A stretch of DNA of 63,748 nt, filler included, from Licmophora abbreviata (Eukaryota): NCBI GenBank assembly GCA_900291995.1. It is 11 parts of 11 records of this genome, joined end to end, with 100 filler letters (N's around TTAATTAATTAA, not from the genome) between each part and the next. Parts side by side here need not be neighbours in the genome. Positions count along the whole stretch, not along the records: positions 6,389 to 16,186 come from OLMU01000786.1; positions 16,287 to 20,498 come from OLMU01000789.1; positions 20,599 to 30,340 come from OLMU01000790.1; 8 more parts are not named here. One strand, 5' to 3'. The notes under the pieces were generated by a model that saw only the letters and a program-made list of their open reading frames with translations, was not told where the DNA came from and ran no database searches. The translations under genes were made by a program, and so were the position numbers. Positions 11,193-20,997 of the stretch are shown here, piece by piece (within the stretch, counting starts at the first letter, position 1; the number at the start of each line of letters is the position of its first letter).

Positions 11193-11462
11193 CTAGCTAG
11201 ATCAGCCAAACTAGAACGCTACTCGAACAAGGAGAATCTAGTTGCGTTCGTTCTGATTTAAGAGAACATGGTGATGGATTGGTTAGATGTCGATCGACGC
11301 CTGTGTGTATCGTCCGCATATCGAGCGTACTGCGTACGGACGCGCCTAATCTTGCTGGCCACACAAACCTTCATGTCTCAGGCCTCATCATGTCGTTTCT
11401 TGACCACACTTCGACATGGCAATGTGTCATTTGTCTCTCCCTTTCTTGGACAGCGTCGCTCG

Positions 11463-12314
11463 ATGATGCCCCTCCTATCGACGTTTGTCGGCGTCATACT
11501 CTTGATCCCTTGCTGTGTCGCCCGAAAGTCGCAAGACGATGTTCCGACGGCATACATCGATGGCAAGCGCATTCCGATCCGAGACACGTTCCCCCGTGTG
11601 GACTGGCAAGACACGCACTACTACATTCTAAGCGAGGAAAAACACATTTGGTACGCGGAAGATTTCGTGAATGCCAGTATCACTGAGGAGATCAAGAGCT
11701 TCTGTCAAGAACAGAATCGGTTTCAGAGATCCCCTGTTCGCGATTCCCAGATTTACACGGACGATGCAAGGAGGACGAGCGAATCTTGTGTCTTGGTGCC
11801 GGCGGGCAAGTATCTACAGAATCCAAGATATCTGACAGACATTCGTCCCGATCCACAGCATGCTCGTGTTGTCAGAGAAGTTGATGTGGCATGGGATGTA
11901 TCCGAGCGGGCGGCGGCATGGCTTGGATTGAGTAGTGCGCATCAAGTCGAGTCCTTGCAAGTCGTTCGATACACTACTCCAGATGCCGAGTATCGTGTTC
12001 ACCACGACCATGGGAATTTCTATGACAAGATCACTGAGTTAAGACCATTCACCATCTTGGTATTTTTGTCCAGTGTCCCCAGCGGTGGCTACACGTCGTT
12101 TCCAAAGCTCCGCACAAAGATCCAGCCCCGTGTTGGTGATGCCATTGTGTGGTCGAACGAACTCCCGGATGGAAGCGCCGACCCCGACATGATGCACGCT
12201 GGCGAACCTCCCGGAAAGGGAGGAATCGAAAAGTACGCACTGAATGTGTGGATCACGCGAGAAGGCGGGAGTGGGGACTATGCCTCGGCGTGGAAGGCCG
12301 AACGGGAGCTGTAG
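11463..12314 (+). CDS. Secreted prolyl 4-hydroxylase (2OG-Fe(II) dioxygenase)
   Basis: Signal peptide MMPLLSTFVGVILLIPCCVA; motifs 'RRTSES', 'ESLQVVRY', HxD 'YRVHHD', 'GGYTSFP', 'HAGEP', 'KYALNVW'. Confidence 0.85.
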   Translation: MMPLLSTFVGVILLIPCCVARKSQDDVPTAYIDGKRIPIRDTFPRVDWQDTHYYILSEEKHIWYAEDFVNASITEEIKSFCQEQNRFQRSPVRDSQIYTDDARRTSESCVLVPAGKYLQNPRYLTDIRPDPQHARVVREVDVAWDVSERAAAWLGLSSAHQVESLQVVRYTTPDAEYRVHHDHGNFYDKITELRPFTILVFLSSVPSGGYTSFPKLRTKIQPRVGDAIVWSNELPDGSADPDMMHAGEPPGKGGIEKYALNVWITREGGSGDYASAWKAEREL

Positions 12315-12599
12315 ACGCAATGGCGGTGCGCGGTGTGAGCTTGTTGCCGACGTCAATTTCAAGCATGCGCGGGGGCGAGCTGGCGATAGAGCGGGGTGGT
12401 GCAGAACGCGCCTGGAGAGTCGCTGAGCAGGCTCTGAGCTCAGTGTGAGCATGTAGTATCTTTGCCTTCAACTGTTTCAGACTTTCGTGTGAAGCGTGAA
12501 CCTTGAACTTCACTTTGCTCGTACCATTCATATATTTTTTCGCGGTACATTTTCCCGTCGCAAGTGTTTTGTGAATACCATTTGATCGGTCTCAAGACG

Positions 12600-14434
12600 A
12601 TGTCAACCCTGGAGTATCTTGACCCTGACGGTTCTATCAAGTATGGCTTGGTGCCGTGGACAGTCTTGAATGACTGGCTTTCAGCCTTGAATGGCAATTG
12701 CCATGTTGACGTGACACTCGGAGCCGGCATAAATCGAGGCAAGATCATCGAAGAGCTCAGGGAACGCTTCCGTAAGGGGGCAAGCGTTGTTTCACGTGGA
12801 TTCCAGGTCATTGGACGCAGCTTGGGATACGGGATTGACTGGAGGGAGAATGAAAACAAGCAGGGGTACACACACCTAGAGGAGCTTCTCGTTTACCAAC
12901 CCAAGGACTGGCGCAAGCAAGCTCGAGAGTACCTCTACAAATTTGAATGTGATCTGGGACGGAAGAGTAGCAGTCGCGACATTCGTTCTGTCGAGAACTA
13001 CGTGAAGTGTGAAGACGGTTCCGAAGAAACCGTTTCCATCGTAATGGATTCGCCTGTTTTGGTTGTCTTGTTCCACCCTGAAATGAAGCGCACAGCATGG
13101 TACGAGCCCTTGAACCTCCTATTGGCGTATAGTGTGGGAGATCCTCTTCCATCGCTATCGCGACGATGAATGGCGTTACGGAGAGAGCGAAACAGCGGAC
13201 GAAGGCAGGACTCTCCCCCCTTGATTACTTCTTCGATTTCCAACAGAGCGTCCACTCGTACTCTCTTGATACGCTTCATCGTTTTGGCGTGAGAAGCTCG
13301 TTTCCAAGGCTTTGCTTGATAAAAGAGCTTGATTTCTCTATTATCATTGGTCAGCGACAAGCCAAGCTAATGATTCGTCAGCATGTTGTGAAACACATCA
13401 TAAATAGAACCAAGGAGGAAGAGCTCTGTGGCGGTCGCCAGCCGCTTAGCATGATATTCGCTGGCCCGTCAGGGACGGGCAAAACGGAACTTGCCAGATG
13501 GTTGGCGAAACTGATGAACAAACCCGGCGAGGATGCCTACTTAAAGGTTGACTGCGGCAAGCTCACCGACGCCAATGAGGTTTTCGGAATGTCCGGTGCA
13601 TACCGTGGCTCGTATGAGGGGTCGGCTCTAAACAACTTTGTCGTCCGCATGGCGCAGGATCCTGAGTCTGTCGGAATTGTTCTACTTGATGAAATCGAAA
13701 AAGCTAGGTCGTCTGTTATTCATGGGCTCTACCAAGTCATCGACAAGGCAGAATGGACAAACAAGAAGCTTGTCGAGGGAAAGGGTGTGCAGACCGAAAC
13801 GGTCCCTTGCTTCAACGTCATATTTATCATGACCACGAACGCCGCCGACAAGCTCATCCTCGACTACGCCAGATCCCACGACGTGTACACCGCTGATGGG
13901 ATTGATCTGGAAGAGATTCAACAGGACATTGATCGCAGAGTCCGGAGCAAACTCCAGACATCCCATCCATTTGATGGTGCTTTCATCGGGCGAGTAGGAG
14001 CTGTGGTGCCGTTCCTTCCAATGGCGAACAAAGTCGAGACAGAAGATGAGCCTCTTTTGGGTGAAATGATGACTGTAGCAAAAATAATGATTGAGCGGCA
14101 GCAGGAGTTGCTTTCGCTAGAAGGCGAAATGGGTATCGAACAACTGATGTCCCCTGAGACGAAGAACAGTATGGCAAAAATCATCGTTCGCGACTCCATC
14201 CCCGAGGCCGGTGTTCGTGGTATCCAGAAGAATGTGGAGTCGAAAATGGGAGATATGATACTTCATACGCATCTTTTGGAGCAAGGCGGCATCACGAATG
14301 GCAGTTGTGTTCGTTATTCGGCGCACGAAGATGAGAAAAAGATTCAATTTCGAGTTCTGCACTCTGACGGAAAGCATGAGTCAGGCGACGGTGGGAAGCA
14401 TCCGTGGGCCGATGACGAAGACTTGTTCGGTTAG
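12600..14434 (+). CDS. Skd3/CLPB-like single-ring Clp AAA+ ATPase with N-terminal extension; frame break near 13165
   Basis: 'IIGQ', Walker A 'GPSGTGKTELA', Walker B 'IVLLDEIEKA', 'IFIMTTN', 'FIGRV', 'GVRGI'. The upstream ORF 12600-13169 ends in ankyrin-like 'LLLAY..GDP', and the next frame continues 'AGLSPLDY'. Confidence 0.75.
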
Positions 14435-15053
14435 TTTCTATGTTTCAACTTTTTAATGCTGTTTACATGCCCCATGTCTTTATAGTAGGCGCTTGTATCC
14501 TAGATGAGCTCGGCTACAAAATGATTGTTGCATCGCTGACGCTCCTGCACCTTATATAAGTGGTCAAGCTCCGACGGAGCTTGACCAAATCCATATGCCT
14601 ATGATACCTCATTGACCGTGCCGTAGTGGAGAGGGGCGGTCGCGGTGATTCTGCGTAACACTATACTGGCAAGGCACTTCCTTGAACCTCCTATTTGACC
14701 TGCCGTACCAGGTACCAGGTAGCCGCTGAAGCGCGAAACTCGATTTGAAACATCTGAAACCACATCCTTGGAAAAGTGCATCCAAGATTCCCAATTCCTG
14801 TCTGCTGTGTCACCAAAGCGACGCAACACTGCAAACACATCACATCGTACGCAATGCCCATGGTGCATTTGTGCTTTTGCCGTGGCCCCATCATTGCATT
14901 CGTCCGCCTCTACACAGTTCATGTCTCATTCTGAAGAAGGAGTGTGGACGGGAAACGACAGAATCTTGAAAGACTAAGATTCGAGACGATTATCCGCAAC
15001 TCATTATTATGCTGTCACGGCAACCGGCGTTCTGGTTCTTTCAATTAAATACG

Positions 15054-15794
15054 ATGCTGCTCTCCGTGGGAATCGCTCGACAGACACTGGCATGGATCCC
15101 TCGACCCAAAATACGCAGCTGGAGTGGAGGCTCGCTTCGAATGGTCGGAACAGAGGTATTCTCCTTTACCGGCGCTGCAAGATCTTCGCCGGACGACATG
15201 CTACTGGACCCACTGGTCGTATGTGGCGCAAGCGGTGTTGGCAAAGGCACCATTATTTCCAAGTACATGGAAGAACTAGGCGGCGATGATTTGTTTGGAT
15301 TCACGGTCTCGCACACGACTCGAGCGCCTCGTCCCGGCGAAGTCCCTGGCGTTCACTATCACTTTGTTGAACTGGAAGACATGCGCGCACAAATAGCGGA
15401 GGGACTCTTTTTGGAGCATGCTGAGGTGCATGGAAATCTGTATGGGACAAGCTGGCAGTCGTTACGGACTGTTCAAGAAGAAGGAAAGCGGTGCTTGTTG
15501 GACATTGACGTCCAGGGGGTCAAGAAGTTGCGGCTCATTGAAAAGGCAGCTGTCTTGGAACCGAAGTATCTGTTCATTGCTCCGCCATCGCTGGAAGTCC
15601 TGGAGCGTCGGCTGGTGGGAAGAGGAACGGAGACCGCTGAGAGTCTAGAAAGAAGAACAAAGAATGCCCGAGATGAAGTGGACTATGGATTACGTGAAGG
15701 AAATTTTGACGCTGTAGTTGTGAACGACGATCTAGAAGAAGCATGCCGTAGCTTTGCCGCGGCGATAGAAACCCTGTATCCCAAGTTTGGGTGA
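15054..15794 (+). CDS. gmk: Guanylate kinase, probably organelle (plastid)-targeted
   Basis: P-loop 'GASGVGKGT'; 'VSHTTRAPRPGEVPGVHYHFV', 'EHAEVHGNLYGT', 'LDIDVQG'. Presequence ending 'TLA-WIP'. Confidence 0.95.
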   Translation: MLLSVGIARQTLAWIPRPKIRSWSGGSLRMVGTEVFSFTGAARSSPDDMLLDPLVVCGASGVGKGTIISKYMEELGGDDLFGFTVSHTTRAPRPGEVPGVHYHFVELEDMRAQIAEGLFLEHAEVHGNLYGTSWQSLRTVQEEGKRCLLDIDVQGVKKLRLIEKAAVLEPKYLFIAPPSLEVLERRLVGRGTETAESLERRTKNARDEVDYGLREGNFDAVVVNDDLEEACRSFAAAIETLYPKFG

Positions 15795-15904
15795 CGATGG
15801 TGCGATAGTACATGCTCGTTGCCAACCAAGAACATTTGTTTTTAACTCGCGTAGACTGATACATACTTTCGCTTGAAAACGAGCTTTTCTACGTTGGTCC
15901 CGAT

Positions 15905-16186
15905 TTACAGATTCGCCGTCGACAAGAGAGTCGGCTGGATTCGTTTCTTCTTCTTTTTGGGTGGTTCGTCCGAATGCTTCAAAGTCAGCTGTTCCTTGAC
16001 GCGTTCCACTACAGCCGCCGTGGATTCGTCAGCCTTCGTCTTAATGGAGACAGCAGCAGGACTAATCAGCGTTGGCGTGATTCTCGTCTTGGCCTTTTTG
16101 GTGGGTCGGCCTTCAATCGATGTAGTTTGACCAGGCTCACAGGGCGGGATGCAGGGAGTCGACGACGTTGCATCCTTGGGCGGCGG
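15905..16186 (-). CDS. C-terminal fragment of a probable CAF-1 p60/HIRA-type histone chaperone subunit (cut by gap)
   Basis: Own translation gives a stop-free frame PPPKDAT...KKAKTRITPTLIS...KKKKRIQPTLLSTANL*, containing two Asf1-binding B-domain-like motifs. Confidence 0.5.
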   Translation of the reverse strand, partial: PPPKDATSSTPCIPPCEPGQTTSIEGRPTKKAKTRITPTLISPAAVSIKTKADESTAAVVERVKEQLTLKHSDEPPKKKKKRIQPTLLSTANL

Positions 16187-16736
16187 NNNNNNNNNNNNNN
16201 NNNNNNNNNNNNNNNNNNNNNNNNNNNNNNTTAATTAATTAANNNNNNNNNNNNNNNNNNNNNNNNNNNNNNNNNNNNNNNNNNNNCAATGCAATGATGA
16301 TCCAAGACGAAGGCGACACCGTGATAGGCGCTGTGTGCAAAAGGTTCAACAGAGGTTTGGAATGCACTTATCTGGTGCAAATCCTGTAGATTTCTACGTG
16401 AGGATTTTCGGGCGCACGAAATCTTGAAGCATTTTGGAACTATGAAGACCTCGAATGAGAAAGCAATTGCTATATGATACTCCTTCTTACGCCAAGCCCT
16501 TGCCCTTGCCGTTATCGTATGAGTAACTTCCTCATCGGTTCGTTCCTTATTGCCAAGAGATTCTCTGGTTGGAGAGGCATGGCATGAGTTTCGGAATTCA
16601 GAGTGCACAAGGAGCTCTTCTTGTGGCATGATGCTGTCGACAACGGCAAAGTTCAACGTGTATGATGTACTTCCTGTTTCTTTCGTGCGTAGTAGGTGCT
16701 CTGTATATGCTGACAGGGCGACTGGTGAAGTTCAGA

Positions 16737-17719
16737 CTAGTCTTTCTTCTGATAAATAACGCTGAGATTGTTTGCTGGCATTTCCACCTCTTCGACTAAA
16801 CTCAGGCCATTCCGTTTGGCAGCGTCAATCACGTCCTCCAGATCCCGGACTCCCCAGCTCGGATCTCTCTGTCGTAAACTCCGATCAAAACTTCTGCGTA
16901 TAGAGCACATGCGGCGCAATTGTAAGTCGGGGATGGTCCGGATCGTTCCAAACACACTAAATCACTGATTTTCACGAGAACTTACAAATTGGATTCGACG
17001 GCCTCGCCGCCCACCTTGTACGGCCCGTAGCAGTACAGCATTCCTCCTTTTCGAAGTTTGGCCTGCGCCATCTTCATCAGTCCCAGAGTTGCTTCCCATG
17101 GTGAGATGTGAATCATGTTGATGCAAAGAATGAGATCCAAGGAATTTGGCCGAATCGCTTCGTCTGTGTCGGCTTGTAGGATTCCATCTCTGTCCAGCGT
17201 TAGAGGCAAGGGGGGTTCGATGATGTCCTGCAAATTTGATATTCGAGTTCGTTCCGCAATAGAGACGCGAGATAACTCCTCCGGATCGGATGGAATCCAT
17301 TGGATCTTTGCTCCATTCCAATCTTCTTGGGATGCCAGGTACTCCGTGTGCACGCCTGCGCCAGCGGCTACCTCTAGTATCGTGATCGTGGGGTCTGAGT
17401 GATCGCTTACCATCACAAACGGAAAAACGCGTTCTGAAAGAATTTTCCAAATCGGGTCCTTGTTCCGTTCCGCCGATGGAGAGTCCAAGATTGTCATTTT
17501 GGGTATAGTGGTACGGTGCCTAGTCTGCACACGGAAGTCGCCGCCGTGCAGGAACGAAGGATGTAGCCGCAGCTCTTCCGGACGACAGGAAGATGATGGG
17601 GAGCAGAGAAAAGCAGCCAGAATCCAATGGCTGTACTTCCGTCGACTACGAGAGGAGTTCAGGGGACGAGAGGTGACTGTAACGTGAAGAAACGACCGAA
17701 GGGACGCAGTCACCATCAT
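16737..17719 (-). CDS. METTL26: DUF938/METTL26-like SAM-dependent methyltransferase; intron 16985-16894
   Basis: Motifs 'SAERNKDPI', 'LEVAAGAGVH', 'CINMIHISPW', 'YGPYKVGG'; spliced 'ESNLSFDRSLRQRDPSWGVRD' and 'MPANNL'. The start may instead be 17497. Confidence 0.9.
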
Positions 17720-17919
17720 GGTGATCGCGATGTGGATTGATGTGATCTCAGATATCACGGCGGCGACGCAGCATCAGCTCACAGTGCGGAGGCGAAACCC
17801 CGACCCTAATGTGGCTTCATATGTCTAAGCTACACATTGAGAGGCAGACTTGACGGGCCTAAGTCACAGTACCTTGATAACGTTTCAACTAAGGTTGACG
17901 GCGATTGACGGCATACTAT

Positions 17920-20418
17920 TTAGACGAATCCAAAGTACTTCGCACCGACGCTGGCGGCGACAGCCAAGCCGACACCCGCATACGGCGCGGCCACTCGACC
18001 AAAGTAGACGAACACGCTAGCTTCTCCAATGCTGTCAACCTCGTAGGCACATCGCCAGGCACCACCGTTGAAGGATCCATATTGGAAGAGCTGATTGGGA
18101 TTACCAAGTTTCGTCTTTGGGTTGCCGGAACTCTTGGGACTGTTCAAGTCAAAGAACAACAGAGCTGACATGACAGCGTTAGATGTTTCAGGAGCGAAAA
18201 TCTCGTACGGTTTGAAGTAAGGCATTCCCTCATAGGCCCATGCAAAAGTTCGGTTGTGGACCACCGAAACTGTAGATGTCGCAGGTGCGATGTTTGAAGA
18301 AACAATGCAGCCCTTGCTTCGAGCCACAATGGCGCGCCAGTGCTGCATGCGTTTGGCGAGAGCGTAATTTGGACCCTGTGCCACGCTAATGCCTACGTTT
18401 AGGGAGCAGAAGAAAAGTATGAGAGCAGAATACCGAGTGTCCGCGATCAACGTTCGTCGAGATGGCGTACCGTTTACAATGTAGTAGTCGCCTCCCTCGC
18501 CCATGACAGCATTTCCCGCGTTCTTCCGAAGGAACCTTCCACGGCCCATGAGACGCATAAAAACGCCTACAACGATACAAGACAGATACCTCTTGTAAGT
18601 TATAATGCAGTAAATAGCGCCAGCACGTGCGATGCATACTCACAGTAAACCTTCTTGGAATAGGCCTTGTAATGCTCGGCACTGGCGTCGCGTGCTTCCT
18701 TGGGCACCAGATGCAGGTCGGTCGGAGTGCAAAGGTACCCCAGACTCGTTCCACGACGCTTTTCACTCAGGTCTCGACAAATGGCGTCCATGGCCAACGA
18801 TACTTGTACATGGAGAGCACCGTCCAGGTAGGCATAGCAGCCTACCGTAAATGCCTTCCCGGGATATAGGTCCATTAACCAGTCGCGAATCAGCGGCGTC
18901 TGCGTAAAGAGATTACTTCCAGCATTAGCATAAATCTCGTCATCCGTCTTGCACTTGGCCTGCATAATCTTCATGGGGAAGGTGAGAGTTCCCGATGACT
19001 TTTTCGCGATCCCGATGAGTCGCTTCCAGATATGCGGGCGGTCCAGATCGACTGCAACGACGTTGGCACCCAGGGCCATCAAGACCAAGAAAGGCCCCAT
19101 GGCGGACCCGGCACCCAACAAGACAAAGTAGCGGTTGCTCAAATCAATATATCCGGGGTTATCGATCACTTCCGTGATGGCCTCGCCTGCACTCGGCTCG
19201 ATCGTTCCATAGTCGACCCAATTTTGAACTTGGTCCTTGAGCGCCTGACCGGAAAGCGTCTTTCCCTTGTATGGAACTTCCAATACGGCCTTTCCTCTGG
19301 GTACTTCGCCCTTGACGAATCCAGTGTAAAACTTCTCCGTGTTCTTCGCCTGCATGGCTTCCTTCAAACTAACACTTGATCCATCGGGAGCGACAAACTG
19401 GAACAGCTCATACGCCTTGTCTAGGCCGGCCTGTGCCGCCGCCAAGGCCGCCTGGGGCGATTGACACTGCGCTTCTACCAAGGCTTTGAGATGCTTCACA
19501 TAACCGAATCGCCAGCTTCGTGTCTTCATTGCATTTTCGGCCAGTTCTGGCCCGACCGCACCCAAGGCAGCCGCCAGGATGGTACGGTTGACACCGGTAC
19601 TGCTGCGTGTGCCTTTCTCATCGAGAGGCCAGACCAATCCACGCGGCGGTGGAGGAGGCTTAGCAAAGCGCTTCTTGAAGGCATTCTTACGATTGGCTGA
19701 CATGTTGAAAATCATAAAGGGAGATCCAAAAGCATAGATGATTGGCAAGATTGTCGCGTAGACGAGTGTCGTACCAGGATAAGTACCACCAAAAGCTTCG
19801 TCCTTTGCTGCCGCAAAGAAGACCGAGAGCTCTCCAGAAATACCCGTCGGATACAATACTGCAAACAAGCTGTAGCGAAGCCAAAAGAGTGGGTAGGGAG
19901 TTTTCTTGGTGGCATCGCCGGTAATCAAGGCGATGAGATAGAAGAGGTAACGGGGCACCTCGACCGACGCCCACGACAGAATCATGACTCCTGCGCCCCA
20001 TTGAGCTGTGATAAAAAAGAGGGCAAGTAGGTTAGAGCGTTGACTGCCAGTGAAACGCGCACTAGGACTAGTATACTTCTCTTCCCGACTCTTTCTTACC
20101 TTGTGCTTCAGGCGACAGAGTGATGGCCACGAGCGCGACGATGCGACTACTGACTTGCATAAAGGCCACCATAACGGGACTGCGGACAAGTCCCACAGCA
20201 GCATGCACGATCTCCAATAATGCTGCCGACTGAGAGATAGTCAAGAGCATGGCAAGATTGGGAGCATAGTACACGTTGGCCAGGGCGTCCCAGACGGAGC
20301 CGCCCTCCGTCTGAATGTCGCCGACGAGACTCTGGACGGCCAAGAGCCACACGAGCGCCCAGCCAAGACAGCATAGACTATTGTACAGCACGAGGTAGGC
20401 GTCTTTGATGCCCGCCAT
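17920..20418 (-). CDS. Fusion protein: HACD/PHS1 very-long-chain 3-hydroxyacyl-CoA dehydratase plus uncharacterised Rossmann/YxxxK domain; exons 20418-20100, 20005-18644, 18566-18471, 18392-17920
   Basis: PTPLA motifs 'YLVLYN', 'LEIVHAAVGLVRS', 'QVSSR', 'WASVEVPRYLFY', 'WLRYSLFAVLYPTGISGE'. These run without a stop, in the same exon, into 'LLGAGSAMGP'; 'QGPNYALAKR' follows in the last exon. Three canonical GT-AG introns keep the frame. Confidence 0.85.
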
Positions 20419-20997
20419 GATGAAACGATCTCAAAGCACTTTCAACAGACGCAACGACGTTCACCACCACAAACAGATTGAAATGAGACGAGATCTCGNN
20501 NNNNNNNNNNNNNNNNNNNNNNNNNNNNNNNNNNNNNNNNNNTTAATTAATTAANNNNNNNNNNNNNNNNNNNNNNNNNNNNNNNNNNNNNNNNNNNNCA
20601 AACAGATTGAAATGAGACGGGATGTCGTCGCGTCGCGGGCCGCGATGACGTTTTCTCGCGTTGAAGATTTTGTCATTGGATATCGTGGAGCTCGTGGTGG
20701 GATGGAGCTCGTGCGTGTTTCGCGCGGCAACTGGCGCGCGAATGGAGAATGACCGGATCGCAACTTTTTGGCCGCGACAAGAGAGACGACGACGACCGCG
20801 TCAACACCCCCACAGCGACGGTGTCGGTATCCACCTTTCAGGCAATCTTGACGAAGTAGAGGCACTTCATTGGTGCTCCGCCTCTTCCTTTGACCTGCTT
20901 GTCTTAAATCTGCTGAAAGAAAATCAAACCAGCACTCTCAAAGCCACAATCGGGTGAATTCGCACTTCCCATCCAGCACAACGCATCAGTTACAACA

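Noticed and set aside
13166..13169. ATGA stop/start overlap suggesting a prokaryote-style operon or bacterial contamination
   Set aside because: The flanking genes are eukaryotic and an ankyrin-like motif spans the junction, so a frameshift or intron is simpler.
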